From positions 84,721,384 through 84,785,383 of the forward strand of contig NC_068985.1 of the NCBI RefSeq assembly GCF_001194135.2: a DNA stretch of 64,000 bases. Direction: 5' to 3'. The position numbers were made by a program, and so were the translations under genes. The notes below the pieces were generated by a model. That model had not been told where the DNA came from. It saw nothing but the letters and a program-made list of their open reading frames with translations, and ran no database searches. This stretch comes from Octopus bimaculoides. Its lineage: Eukaryota. Positions 22,645-36,984 of this stretch are shown here, piece by piece (position 1 is the stretch's first letter; the number at the start of each line of letters is the position of its first letter).

Positions 22645-23395
22645 ACATATGTATGTATGTATGTATGTATGTATGCATGTATGTATGTTTTTTCTTTGAG
22701 TTTTATTCAAGTTCTTCTTAAGAGACTTCAAGCTGGTCGCTAACAAGGCAATAAGATTTTTTGTGTCGAGAGAGTTCCCGGTGTTTGTAAATATTTGGTT
22801 GAGTTGATGTGTTGGCCGAGCAGTTGATACACTCACCCAAGTGTACATCGTTTCACCTAACGCATCTCAGATGGAGAATCTTTGGAATATCTTATAAATC
22901 TTCACACTGCTACTGATAGATTGGTTTTGGAAAAATCTATGCCAGTTTCTTTTGATAAAATATTTCTAGGTTTTTATGTAAATCTGTTGGTACATAACTT
23001 AATGTACTTATGATGAAAGTACAAGCAAGAATTTATAATCAGGGTACAAGTTCCGCATTAATTTACTATAAATGTTCTCTTTTGATCGTACATTCATGTC
23101 TGCTGGGCAACTGACTTCTACAACAGTGCATGACTTTGGTTCCATGTTCCACAGAAAAATATCAGGTTTGTTATGTTTGCACTGAACTGTTGGTTTTATT
23201 GTAGTGTTCCACCAGTGTGGAAAGCTCCAATAGAAGTGTTCTTTGTTTTTAAAGGTGTGAATACATGCTGGCTCTGACATACCTTTGATGTATACATCAG
23301 GGCAATCCTTTCTGTGGATAGCATTATACATAGTCTTTGTAACAATATCATGCGTCAGGGACATATAGATATTATGGGGCAGCTGCTGATGATGT
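22645..23395 (-). mobile_element. 3' end of an RLE-encoding non-LTR retrotransposon (R4-like) with (CATA)n tail
   Basis: ORF 23008-23364 has the THD, WWN, HNKPDI, VEVSCPAD and KENIY..LMRNLYPDYKF motifs of the PD-(D/E)xK restriction-like endonuclease; the 3' UTR runs into (ATGT)n on plus. Confidence 0.85.
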
Positions 23396-23436
23396 GGAGG
23401 ATGTCTTCAACACTGGTGTAGCAGAGCTGCTCCAGT

Positions 23437-23479
<43 letters not shown>

Positions 23480-23811
23480 ATGTTGTAAATGAGTGTCACA
23501 GTCATATAAGTAGTGTCAGTCACCTCCAATCTTCCACAAATACATGTCTGGTCATAAGGAATTACCTTGTTTTGGAATAAATATGGAGGGTCAGTGACAG
23601 GAAGGACATCCAGTCATAAAACATCTGCTTTAACAAATTCTGTCTAACCTATGAAAGCATGGAAAACTGAACATGAAAATGATGTCAAAATGTGATTTCA
23701 GGGATATTTGGTTGATATTTCCAGCTGTCCAGGGAGTTGTCTACCAAGTGGATAATTGTTTTTCCACTCTGTGCCCTAGCTACAAGCAATATTAAAATTC
23801 ATTGGCTTCAG

Positions 23812-24088
23812 TCTTCATAAGCTGCTAAGTTATGGGGACGTAAACACACCAACACCGGTTGTCAAATAGTGATAGGAGTAAACACAGACATAAAGATACA
23901 TGTGTGTGCATACACACACATACAACAGGCTTCTTACTGTTTCCAGCTACCAAATCCACTCACAATATTTTGGTTGGCCCACATCTATAATTGAAAATTC
24001 ATGGTTAAAGTGCCACACAGTGGGACTGAACCAACGAACATGTGGTTGGGAAGCAGACTTCTTTACTACACAGCCACACCTGTGCCTA
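23812..24088 (-). mobile_element. Family D SINE
   Basis: Head and body motifs as in 6065-6500. Confidence 0.8.
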
Positions 24089-25324
24089 TGTTATAAACTT
24101 AAAAAAGAAACACCTTCTTGCAATGTTATATTATAAAAAGCTTATCTACAAGCATTTGCCTGAAGCTAAAATATATGTATGTATGTATAATTCCAATATC
24201 AAGGTTATTTGGGAAATTAAAATTTTGGCACCAAAGGCTGAAAAAGCTGGCTATCACTGCACTAGAACATCATATGTAACTAGAAAGAACAGCAAGGTGC
24301 TTATCTAGCACAGATTTAAAAACTGAGACAATCATGAATCAAGATTGCATTGAATGAATAATGCATTTCAGCTATATTAGTGCATCATCAGTGCAGGTGC
24401 ATAGTTAGCCAGAAGGGAAAGTGTAGTGATAGTGCAACATATGAAAGATTTGTTATCAGTAAAAAGAAAAAAAGATGAAAACAATGAAACAACTGTTGTT
24501 GAATTTGAACTCATGACCCATAAATTGGCATGGCCCTAAGACAGATGCAATTTTATAGATTAACAACTCAAACGATATTGTTTTCTTTTGTGCATACAAG
24601 CATGTTTGTGCATTTATGCGTGTATATTAAGCAGAACAATGAGAAGAGGATTGACAACATGTTAATCTTGCCGAAAATCACAACCAGAAATTAATGTATG
24701 AAGACTGAAGCCAATGTTGTTATCAATTAGTTATTTTCATTAGATACACGACTGGTAAGGAAAATATTCAACTCATCTGGTGTAGCAGCAAACTGCAAAC
24801 ATATAATGATACATAGGGTATAACAGCTTCAGAGGACATATTTTCTATAACAACTTCTCTGAAAACACATACAAGCAATACACCTATACATACTTCATCA
24901 TCATTTGACATCTGCTTTCCATGCTGGTACAGATCGGACTGTTTGACTTGGAGCTAGCTAGCAGGGAGCTGTCCAGACTCCAGCAGTCTGTTGATGCATG
25001 GTTTCTATGGCTGGATGCCCTTCCTAATGCCTTCCTAATATATTTGTAGATTTTTTATTTTCTAAATTTAGCTATTTATATCTGCTATTCCCTTCTATAA
25101 TGGATAGCTTTCACATTAATTCTTCATAAGAAGTGTAAATAAGTCACTCGAAATATTGAAAACAATATGGCTTTCAAAACTTCCATAAAGAATTAGAAAG
25201 ATTATCAAATTCATTGAAACTACCACATGTTTATCTTTTGAACACTGGCACTCTGTTGGTTATGACAACAAGTGTTCTAGTTGATTCAATCAACATGAAA
25301 TTAATATGCAGATAGTTGAGCATT

Positions 25325-25562
25325 CCTCAGACGTATGTACCCGTAACATAGTAACATAGTTCTTGGGAAGATTCAGCATGACACACAATGTGACAAGGCT
25401 GGGCTTTTGAAATATAGACACTACTCATTTTTGCCAGTTGAGTGGACTGAAGCAATGTGAAATAAAGTGTCTTGCTCAAGGACACTACACCACCAGGTAT
25501 CAAACTCATAACTTTATAATCATGAGTCAAATACCCTGGGCATTAAACCATGCACCTTCACC
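25325..25562 (-). mobile_element. Family C-related CORE-like SINE
   Basis: GTGAAATAAAGTGTCTTGCTCAAGGACAC motif plus tRNA-like head. Confidence 0.75.
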
Positions 25563-25894
25563 TTTTGAACACTATTCATACATAGATGTAGGTACAGCTC
25601 AGTGGTGAAGAAGTTTGCTTTGCAATAATACACTATTGGGTCCGATCCCATTGCAAGGCATCTGAAGCAAGTGTTTCTACCACAGTTTTGGTTCAGTCCA
25701 AGCCTGGTGAGTGAAATTTTGAAAATGAAAACTGTGTGGAAGTGTATCAGATGAAGTGTATCAGATGAAGTGTATATGTCTGAGGAACATTTAACCTCTA
25801 AACATTAATTTCATGAGTTGGACATCTAGTTAATTGAACAACTGAACGGTCATCATCTAAACCAATAGAGAATTCATCTAATCATGCACACATT

Positions 25895-25898
25895 CACA

Positions 25899-25943
<45 letters not shown>

Positions 25944-26050
25944 TCACTCACTCACTCACTCACTCACTCACTCACTCACTCACTCACTCACTCACTCACT
26001 CACTCACTCACTCACTCACTCACTCACTCACTCACTCACTCACTCACTCA

Positions 26051-26119
<69 letters not shown>

Positions 26120-26135
26120 ACACACACACACACAT
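25895..26135. repeat. Compound (CA)n-(TCAC)n-(CT)n microsatellite
   Basis: Stepwise CA to TCAC to CT tract. Confidence 0.95.
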
Positions 26136-26751
26136 CAGCACTAACTTTCTTTTAGTTGCTTGGTCACACTAAAGATATCATACCTTATATGAAATTATTT
26201 AATATGTTACATCAATATCATCGTTATTAATAACATATCTATTGCAAATATACAAATGAGAAATTTGTTTTATTATATTTTAATTTAATAAATATTTTCA
26301 TTTTTAAAATTGGTATTCATTTCGTTGTTTTGTATAATAAGTTATCATGGAATTCAAAAAGAGTAAAGTGTAACTATTCTACCAATGTAACTTTATTTGA
26401 TGGTGGCGAAGGTATTTTCAAACATCACTTGTCATATGATGGGTACTACCGTAGTATTTATATAAATTAGGAAAAGTCTTTCTTTCAGGTAATAAGGAAA
26501 AATCAGGTTCTGACACAACTAGTTTGGTCTATATCTAAGAAAAGTATTGGTTAAAGATGTTTGCTAATTTGGACAAGTCATGAAGCGATGAGAATATTGA
26601 TGTTGGGAGTTAAGTCCTTCAGTGAAGTAACAACCTTTTTGTTATATGTATCTCACAGTTGTAGCCTTGTGTCTCTCCATGAGACACATTTGACAAAAAT
26701 TTGAATTCTGTAACATTAAAAAAACTGGCATATCTTTGCATCAGTGATATC

Positions 26752-26945
26752 GTTTTCAAATTTTGGCACAAGGCCAGCAAGTTCAACAGAGCAGGACAAG
26801 TCAGTTGCATTGACCCCAGGTCTCAACTGGTACTTATTTTATCGACCCCAAAAGCATGAAAAGCAAAGTTGGTCTCAGCAGAATTTGAACTCAGAACATA
26901 AAGACAGATAAAATGCCACTGAGCATTTTTCCTGACATGTTAACA
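26752..26945 (-). mobile_element. Family B SINE
   Basis: GGCACAAGG...ACTGGTACTTATTTTATCGACCCC...GAATTTGAACTCAGAAC. Confidence 0.85.
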
Positions 26946-28488
26946 TCTTTACATCAGTGATATCATATTGAACCTATGACATGCATGTCAGCAGTGATAT
27001 GCAATGGACTTTAAAAAAACTCATTACAGTTTTATTTAACACAAAGCTTATCTATAAATAGTTCTTTTTCTTAGAGACATTTCATTAAAAAATTTTTTGC
27101 CACACATGTTTTTATCATCCAGTTGTTCAATGCTAAAGTAAATGAAGTTATCAGTAATTTGGTTTTATATATTTTTCACACTCTTGATTTCTCTCAGTTA
27201 ATTTACATTAAAGGAAATATTCTACTGAATTTTCCCTAAATTAAATTGTTGTCATTTAGCTTCATCTCAAGCTTGGTTAAGGGAACATAACAAAAAGCCT
27301 TATATTCCTATAGCCATCTTACCCTTTTAATGTTAACTAGGACCCCATGATCCAATGTGTTCTTAAGCATAATAGGGCTGGAGGGATATGTGGTTGCTAT
27401 TTCTAGTAGAGCATGTTACCAGGCAGGTACACCCTCATTGTTTCATAGCTTGTTGTTTTAATGTTTTGGATATTGATCCATATGGACATAGTCAACATAA
27501 ACATAGTTGCTTGTTTGGTATTTCATTTTATTGAACCCAGAAGGTTTAAAGGTAGATTTGGCTTTGTTGGGATTTGAACATGAACTTAAGCCAGATCAAA
27601 TATTAAAGGCTTGAAAAAAAAGGAGTGGGGTTGATAGAGATGTATTCCTCCTGATACAGGATGACCTCTAGGAATAATCAAGGAACCTCACAGTCCAAAA
27701 TCTCCCTGAAAACCAAGGACAAGTTCCCTCTCCAATTCCCTTTCTCTGACTCAAAGGTCTACACTTAGAGAGGTACTATCCACTCATGTCATTTTCTTAA
27801 CTTTCACTCACATTTCAAAAACTTACTCAAGAACAGCACTTCCCTCTCCAATGAGGAGAAGAAGGATTTCTAACATAGATGCAAGGCTGCAAATTGAAAG
27901 AGAGGCATAAAATCACATCAACTCCAGTTCTTCACTGGTACTTTCTTTTATTGACTCTTGAATGTTGAAAGTGAAGTTGATCTGATCAGGATTTGAACCC
28001 AAAATGTGAAAGGACATAACTAAATATACTATAACATATTTCTGTCTGGCATCTACTGTTTCTGACATTTACTACTCTGTAATGATAATCATAATAATAA
28101 TAGTAATAATAATCATAGCAATAACAACAACAAAAACAACAATAATAATAATAATAATAATAATAATGACAATAATAATAATAATAACAACAATAATAAT
28201 AATAATAATAATAATAGCAACAACAACTACTACAAACAACTAGTTTTGATGGTCTTTAAATAACTTAGATCGCTTCTTGATTCTTCCAAAAATCTAGTCA
28301 CGGCATAGCCCTCCAGGAGAGGAAGAAGAGTTCTTTGTAATAATTAGTTGTAACCTTCATCTCAGGCCAGTTGTTGAGTTTTCAAGATAAAAGCTGTCTA
28401 GTATTTATTTGCCGAGAGACATCTATATTCACGTCCATTTAGTCACTTCTTCTCTTCTGCTCAACATCTTCAAGGGAGATCAGCAGTT

Positions 28489-28544
<56 letters not shown>

Positions 28545-30764
28545 TATTTGGTTGTTGTTGTTGTACTGTTTGTTTGTCAGTTTATTTGTTTCTTTTTTTG
28601 TGTGTCATATCCCCCCATCCCCATCCCCACCATTCCGCTCACTGCCTTTCATTTCATTTACAGGTTTTCTTCAAGCATCATTAATATGAATTGCTGCAGA
28701 AAAANNNNNNNNNNAAAAAAAAAAAAAAAATAATAATAATAATAATAATGATATTACCAATAATAATCTTGTAGTGTCTTGCTTCACATTTTCAGTAGTG
28801 TGTTAATTGTTGAAGAATAAAAGTCTTTATATATTCTGAAAAATTGAATTTTCTTTTGGCAAAAGTTAATGTCGAGGGTCTCTTTTCTTTATTCTATTTT
28901 TTTTATTTTTTATATATATTTGCATGCATGTGTGTGTGTGTATATATATATTGTGTATGTATGTATGTATGTATGTGTATGTGTGTGTGTATAAATATAT
29001 GTGTATGTGTATGTATTTAAGTCTGTGTGTTTGTGTATTTATCTCTGTGTGTCTGTGTGCATATCATCTAATCTTTTCTGTTAGGATTAGATTTTTTTTT
29101 GTTATTTTCTTTTTTCATCCATAGAAAATGAAGAGCTATAATTGTGATAGTAATTTTGCTTATGGCATACACATGTCTGCACATAGAAACTCATAAACAC
29201 ACATATATATACAAGCATTCATATACATATAAATGAATAAATTCAAACACATTCATAGACATGCATATATGTGTGTATATTTATATACATGTGTGTCTAT
29301 GTATCTATATATATATANNNNNNNNNNNNNNNNNNNNNNNNNNNNNNNNNNNNNNNNNNNNNNNNNNNNNNNNNNNNNNNNNNNNNNNNNNNNNNNNNNN
29401 NNNNNNNNNNNNNNNNNNNNNNNNNNNNNNNNNNNNNNNNNNNNNNNNNNNNNNNNNNNNNNNNNNNNNNNNNNNNNNNNNNNNNNNNNNNNNNNNNNNN
29501 NNNNNNNNNNNNNNNNNNNNNNNNNNNNNNNNNNNNNNNNNNNNNNNNNNNNNNNNNNNNNNNNNNNNNNNNNNNNNNNNNNNNNNNNNNNNNNNNNNNN
29601 NNNNNNNNNNNNNNNNNNNNNNNNNNNNNNNNNNNNNNNNNNNNNNNNNNNNNNNNNNNNNNNNNNNNNNNNNNNNNNNNNNNNNNNNNNNNNNNNNNNN
29701 NNNNNNNNNNNNNNNNNNNNNNNNNNNNNNNNNNNNNNNNNNNNNNNNNNNNNNNNNNNNNNNNNNNNNNNNNNNNNNNNNNNNNNNNNNNNNNNNNNNN
29801 NNNNNNNNNNNNNNNNNNNNNNNNNNNNNNNNNNNNNNNNNNNNNNNNNNNNNNNNNNNNNNNNNNNNNNNNNNNNNNNNNNNNNNNNNNNNNNNNNNNN
29901 NNNNNNNNNNNNNNNNNNNNNNNNNNNNNNNNNNNNNNNNNNNNNNNNNNNNNNNNNNNNNNNNNNNNNNNNNNNNNNNNNNNNNNNNNNNNNNNNNNNN
30001 NNNNNNNNNNNNNNNNNNNNNNNNNNNNNNNNNNNNNNNNNNNNNNNNNNNNNNNNNNCAGCACACATACACACATGCACATACTTCCCTGGTCCTATTA
30101 GTTTACTTTATGGAAAGAAATGAAGCAGATAATATTACAGTCGCATTGGTTGTAAAAAAATTTGAAAAAAAAAAACAAGCAAAATAATGATAATAATAAA
30201 CGAATATAAATATATAAAAAATAGAAAAGAATTTTAAAAATGTAAAAGGTCAGATATTCAGGAAAGGTCAAGAAAGCACTTTGATGTTTGTATTTTTTTT
30301 TTTCATTTATTTAAACCAAAATTTTTTTTTTTTTAAATCAACCAAATTTTATTTCCATGTTTGTTAGTTCAAATATTTCAAATCAAGGAATAAATAGGAT
30401 TCTGATGAGAGACTAAATGGTAACGCTATGTGGTCAAACAATTTTCTTTAAATAAGTCAATATGGGTGCTTCAGGCATGGCTGTGTAGTTAAACAATTCA
30501 CTTTACAACCTCTTGATTCTGAGTTCAATCCTACCATACAGCATGTTGAGCAAGTGTCTTCTACCAAATCTTGGACTGACCAATGCTCATTTTCTAAGTG
30601 TGTGTGTGTGTGTGTGTGTACACTTGCACATACATACACACACATCCATACACATGCGTATGCACATACATACATACGCGTGCGTGCACCCCACCGACAC
30701 ACACACAAAACATATACAAGGTATTTAAAACAGTTTGAGTCAGCCCTATGTGACTGAAAGTTTC

Positions 30765-30850
30765 GTAGGCTTCTTAAAGAAACTTAGCCTTCAGAGTCAG
30801 ATGGTCTGATTTGGCTGAGCTCAATGACTAGGTTTCTGTAAGAAGCCTAC
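30765..30850. repeat. 86-bp hairpin (19-bp outer stem with inner stems)
   Basis: GTAGGCTTCTTAAAGAAAC pairs with GTTTCTGTAAGAAGCCTAC (1 mismatch); inner CTTAGCC/GGCTGAG and TCAGA/TCTGA. Confidence 0.75.
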
Positions 30851-30909
30851 AAGACCTTAAGTTGCATGGAGCTGAATCAAACTGTCTTAAACAATAATAT
30901 ATGTAACTC

Positions 30910-31126
30910 CAAAGGCAGCGAGCTGGCAGAAACGTTAGTACGCCAGGCAAAATGCTTAGGGGTATTTTGTCTTTGTATTCTGAGTTCAAATTCCGCCGAG
31001 GTCGACTTTGCCTTTTACTTTTTGGGGGTCGATAAATTAAGTACCAGTTGCGTACTGGGGTCAATCTAATTGACTGGTCCCCTCCCCAAACATTTCGGGC
31101 TTTGTTCCTAGAGTAGAAAAGAATAT

Positions 31127-31163
<37 letters not shown>
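30910..31163 (+). mobile_element. Family B SINE, full length, plus strand, followed by (GATA)n
   Basis: GGCAGCGAGCTGGCAGAAACGTTAG...GAGTTCAAATTCCGCCGAGGTCGACTTTGCC...GGGGTCGATAAATTAAGTACCAG. Confidence 0.9.
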
Positions 31164-31164
<1 letters not shown>

Positions 31165-31189
31165 TTGTGTGTGATTGTCTGTCATCATG

Positions 31190-31552
31190 ATTATTATCAT
31201 TCATTTAACGTCCATTTTTCATATTGGCATGGGTTAGACGGTTTGATAGTAGCTGGCAAGCTGAAGAGCTGCCCAAGCTTGGGCATTTTACAGAGTGCTG
31301 GGTGCTTTTACACAAGCATTGCTGATTTTCCATGGTACCAACACCCACAAGCCTGGAAGAGTAGGATAACTCAGCTGAAGAGGGATGCAGAAAACATACC
31401 CATATGCAAGGACAACCACGATTTTACTTAGCTTAATGTGTCTTCTCAAGCACAGCAAACCACTAGAAGTCTTCGTCCTTTGTCATCCCCTCTGTGAGGC
31501 CCAACGTCTGGAGATCCTTCATCACCACTTCATCCCGCATCTTCTTGAATCT
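31190..31552 (-). mobile_element. RTE LINE 3' end including ORF C-terminus
   Basis: Minus-strand RFKKMRDEVVMKDLQTLGLTEGMTKDEDF*WFAVLEKTH* resembles the RTE ORF C-terminus; CAT-repeat tail on plus. Confidence 0.75.
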
Positions 31553-32486
31553 AACACACACACATACAAGAATCCTTACATCAGAAAAAATAGGAACTTG
31601 TATATGTTGTTAATATAGTGGATATATTAATCAAAGTATACAGCATTATAGCTCCACTATAAGGCAATGAGCTGGCAGAGTTGTTTGCATGCTGGACAAA
31701 ACGTTTAGTTGCATTTCTTCCAGCTTCATATTCTGAGTTCAAATTCTGCTAAGATTAATTCCTTCAAGAAAAAGAAAAATATTACCGATGACAGAGTAGT
31801 TAGTATACTATTGTAGGTGGATTTATCTATCATGATCTTAAGGTTATGGGTTCAATTCCTGGACCAGACACTGCATAGTATTCTTGGGCATGATGCTTCG
31901 TTTCATGTTGCTTCAGTCTGTTGCTTCAGATGAAAATGAGCACCAAACAAATACTAGTGCAACCTTTTCTCCTTCCACTTGTCACATCCTGGATTTTCTG
32001 CTGGATCAAAGGAAGGAGATCCATCAGAGTGTCTGTGTCAACTCACAGCTACATAAACATCTAAATCTAAGGCAATTAGCAAAAGCATGTGCCAACAAAT
32101 CATACACACTTGCAAGTGATGGCTATGAGGCTTTTTGAGTGGAAGTTATTTTTATAAGAACAGGATTCAGGCAACCATTTCAAAATCAGTTGTTTCATAA
32201 CAAACATTATCATACATTTGCTAATAATTCGTAATTCTAACCCTTCAAATATTCTATAGTAAGATTTAATACATTCTAAACGTATATACTTTCATTTGCT
32301 AAATTAATTAGTACTCATTAGTACTAATTAGGACTCATTAGCACTAATTAGTACTTGTCCAGTATCTTTTAATTATATTTAATTATACTAATACTCATTA
32401 CATCAATCACTGAAAGATTAATGGTAATGTTGATCATGACAAAGATTGGGGTGTGAATTTAGACTATAGATAGACAAAATTAAATA

Positions 32487-33376
32487 TTGGGTTGAGGGAA
32501 ATATTGGGGAAATATCCATGAGCATTTCTTTCAAATTTAAAAATGCATGCAGAAATAAAACACACTGGCAAAATGTTTTATGTTATTTAAAAGAGAGTTT
32601 CTTACTCTATAAGATAGTGTGTTTTGATTTTTTTTAAATTCTATTGATTTTTGTGTATCTTCAGATCATTAAAATGGAATGTCAAGTGGACAAAACTGAG
32701 CATTTTCAACACCATTTGTTTTTGCATTTAATCAAGGTGCTAAGGCCGCCGAAGCTGCTCGTGAGATTTGTACTGTGTCTGGAGAAGGAGCAATGCCTCA
32801 AAGTACTGCCCACTGTTGGTTTTCACACTTCAAAAATTGGAATTCTGACCTCAAGGATGGATCACACATCAGTCAACCAATTGAGTTTGATGAACCTTGC
32901 CCACAGTCGTTTGGTCACAGTCCATCTACCCTGTCAATTCTCTGGTTGTTTGACGTGGATTTTCGTGAAGAAGTTGATTCAGTTGCTCTTCATTGAACTC
33001 AATTGGTTGATGTGATCCGTCCTTGAGGTCAACGTTCCCATTTTTGAAGCACAAAAACCAATGGCAGGCAGTACTCTGTGGCATTGCTCCTTCTCCATAA
33101 ACAGCACAAATCTCACAAGCAGCTTCAATGGACTTGATTCCTCAACCTAATGCAAAAAGCAAATGGTGTCAAAAATGCTCAGTTTTTGTCCACTTGACAT
33201 TCCATATAAATGATCAGAAAATACAAAAATCAATAGAATTTTGAAAATGAGAACATGCTATTTTGTCAAGCTAAACCTTCTCTTTCAAATAACATAAAAC
33301 ATTTTGCCAATGCGTTTTATTTCTGCATGCATTTTTAAATTTGAAAGAAATGCTCATGAATTATTCCTCATCCCAA
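32487..33376. mobile_element. Fold-back mariner made of two inverted 5' halves
   Basis: TA|TTGGGTTGAGG ... CCTCATCCCAA|TA; plus arm encodes MECQVDKTEHF..HLF...EGAMPQSTAHCWFSHFKNWNSDLKD; minus arm encodes the same N-terminus plus EEQLNQLLHENPRQTTREL; junction near 32897. Confidence 0.88.
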
Positions 33377-33420
33377 TACAATAAAGTATTTAATTTACTA
33401 TTCTACCAGCTTTTATAGAG

Positions 33421-33463
<43 letters not shown>

Positions 33464-33469
33464 TGATGA

Positions 33470-33681
33470 TGATTTCAAATGGTGGCACCAGGCTAGCAAT
33501 TTTGGGGGAGGGGATAATTTGATTACATTGATCCCAGCACTCAACTGGTACTTATTTTATCAACCCCAAAAGGATGAAAAGCAAAGAAGACCTTGGCAAA
33601 ATTTGAACTAGGAATATAAGTCAAATGAAATATTGCTAAGCATTTTGCCTAGCATGCTAATGATTCTGCCAGCTTGCCACC

Positions 33682-33730
<49 letters not shown>

Positions 33731-33915
33731 TAATAATAATAATAATTTTGATGCCATCAACCCCAATATTTGACTGGTACTTTGTTTTATTAGCCCTGGA
33801 GGGGTGGAAGATAAAGTTTGCCTTAGTAGAATTTGAATGCAGAACAGAATGTAAACAACCAGAGCAAGTACTACAATACATTCTTTCTAACTTTCTGACA
33901 ATTTTGCCAAACCAC
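33470..33915 (-). mobile_element. Two family B SINEs in (AAT)n
   Basis: Copies at about 33470-33683 and 33745-33915. Confidence 0.8.
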
Positions 33916-33930
33916 TACCCTTAATAACAA

Positions 33931-33961
<31 letters not shown>

Positions 33962-33966
<5 letters not shown>

Positions 33967-34450
33967 AGACAGAGAAGAAAATATTCGTACACTAAAAGAT
34001 GTCAGTATTCCCACAGATAAAAATATATCTGTCAAGGAATTTGACAAACTAAATAAATATAAGAACCTAGAAATTGATATACAAAAGATCAAAAGATGTG
34101 GCATCTTAAAACGAGAACTGTTCCTGTTATTGTAGATACCCTAGGTGAAACAAAAAACGGATGTCAGAAACATTTAGATAAGATCCCAGGAGAACCATGT
34201 CTCAGAGAAATCCAAAAGATTGTGCTGACAAGTACTGCCCCCATCCTTAGAAAAATCCTATCCATTTAAATGTCTGTGTTGTATTACATGAAGATATTTC
34301 ACTACCTCCCCTCCCCAAGCTTTCAGTCATATTGTAACTACTCTTATCCTTCACTTGCCCCAGGATGCTGGGTGTCTCAGCAAGTGACTGTAACAAACAT
34401 GCAGGTTAAAAGTAAAAAAAAAAACCATAATAATAATAATAATAATAATA
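33962..34450 (+). mobile_element. 3' end of an R4/Dong-type RLE non-LTR retrotransposon with A/(AAT)n tail
   Basis: IKDREENIRTLKDVSIPTDKNISVKEFDKLNKYKNLEIDIQK / MWHLKTRTVPVIVDTLG...KHLDKIPGEPCLREIQKIVLTSTAPILRKILSI* (stop 34267-34269), one frameshift near 34090. Confidence 0.88.
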
Positions 34451-34451
34451 A

Positions 34452-34665
34452 TCTTTTCTACTATAGGCCCAAGGCCTGAAATTTTGGGAGATGGGACTAG
34501 TCGATTACATCGACCCAGTGTATCACTGGTACTTAATTCATCAACTCCGAAAGGATGAAAGGCAAAGTCAACTTCAGTGGAATTTAAACTCAGAACGTAG
34601 TGACAGGCGAAATACCGCTAAGCATCTCATCCAGTGTGCTAAACATTCTACCAGCTCATCACCTT
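34452..34665 (-). mobile_element. Family B SINE sharing the (AAT)n tail of the Dong-like element
   Basis: Begins directly after the AAT run. Confidence 0.88.
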
Positions 34666-34667
34666 TT

Positions 34668-35182
34668 TACTGATCTTAACTGATTGGACATGTTATTATG
34701 TCCAATGTTATCATGTACAGGTTTTGTTTTGATATAAAAAGACAAGCTACAGCAAATATTCTGCTCAATACCACAGATTTGCTTGTCAGTTGTTTGACCG
34801 TAACTAGTTGAGCATGTCCCATAGTAGTTGACGATATGTGCATCTCTGATCATGAGCAGAATAGTCGTGGAGCCTCATAGTCATATGCTGAGAGGAATTC
34901 TTTGAGGTTTGAATAATTCAACTCTGGAAACATGGATGTTTCATTCAACATCCTTAAACAATACTTGAGTGGGATGGGCTACTCAACCTAAAAAAAATTC
35001 TAACTAGGCCCCACTGTAAGGTCATATGCTGTTTATCTTGATATGAAATCATCATGTCGCACACATATGGTTGTGATGTATGTGCCTGGTGTACCCTTAT
35101 CTGACAGATAGTCTTGATGGGTATATTGGGTTTTGTATATTTTACCCATATCACTTTGATGGCATGCACTGCTCTCTCACTC
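34668..35182 (+). mobile_element. Family G, ~520-bp 3' segment of an unclassified retroposon ending in (AAT)n
   Basis: Colinear with 62380-62913 (CTACAGCAAATATTCTGCTCAATACCACAGATTT...CTCACTCAATAATAA). Confidence 0.75.
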
Positions 35183-35434
35183 AATAATAATGATAATAAT
35201 AATTACAATAATAATAATAATGGTAATAATGGTGATGAAGTATCAGTGTTCAGCTTTAGCCAAACGATCTGCACAGATGATTCAGATATTGTGAACAAAT
35301 GCTTGTGCCACACATTAGCTCACTTTTTCCATCAAATCAATGTTGCCTGAACAGGTGCTCGGTGTACCACACATCAGGTGTGAAAGTGATTGCAACATTT
35401 GAGTGCAACACCCTAATCACCAGGCCATAATAAT

Positions 35435-36270
<836 letters not shown>

Positions 36271-36984
36271 CACCACAGCAACAATAGTAATAAATGAATT
36301 GAGGATGATGAAATGAATGAATATACACACATAAATGTGTGGGGATGAGTGGGTGTGTGTAAATTTGTTTACTTCTATACTCTTATTGATAAAATCAGTA
36401 AGATTGGTATCTTTTATCGAAATTCAAGCTAAAGGTTTAAAAATCATATTAAAAAAAGGACAGAAAACTAAAAAAAGGGAAAAACCTTGTGTAAAATGTC
36501 TAATGAATACTTCAAATTACAGTCTTTTGTACTTAGCCCCCCCCCCCAAAAAAAAAGAAAAAGAGAGAAAATACAATAAACAGCATGTAGATCTCTTTTT
36601 AATATAAATTTTAGAATTTGAAGCAAGACAAACAAATATACTACATCAATGTAGTACATGTTATATGATAATAAAAAATAATGATAATAACAAGAATATA
36701 TTTAGAATATTCAATAAGTAATTAGTCATTTCAGCTGAGTTTTGTTATTCTTATTAATGTGGAGTGAAGTGGGATGGGGGCATTTATTTAAGGGTGTTTC
36801 TTTTTGCACTTTCAAAACTCTAATATTTCACAATTAAGCAATCAAATTTCGTGAAAAAAAGGTGAAATTTTATAAATTAGAAGTTAAATTTGTCGAGAAA
36901 ATTTAATTGATTTACATACGTACATACATAGATACATACATACATACATAATATATACATACATACAACTGTGTACAGTTGTGA

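Noticed and set aside
24744-24754. Plus-strand 11-nt micro-exon candidate (TTTTCATTAG|ATACACGACTG|GTAAGG), and an AG|GT ratchet-like site near 26490
   Set aside because: Isolated motifs expected by chance in AT-rich DNA; not testable without RNA data.
28230-28490. Minus-strand LLQRTLLPLLEGYAVTRFL resembling a GPAT C-terminus
   Set aside because: In-frame stops immediately upstream, no good acceptor, and the similarity is too short; could equally be decayed transposon sequence.
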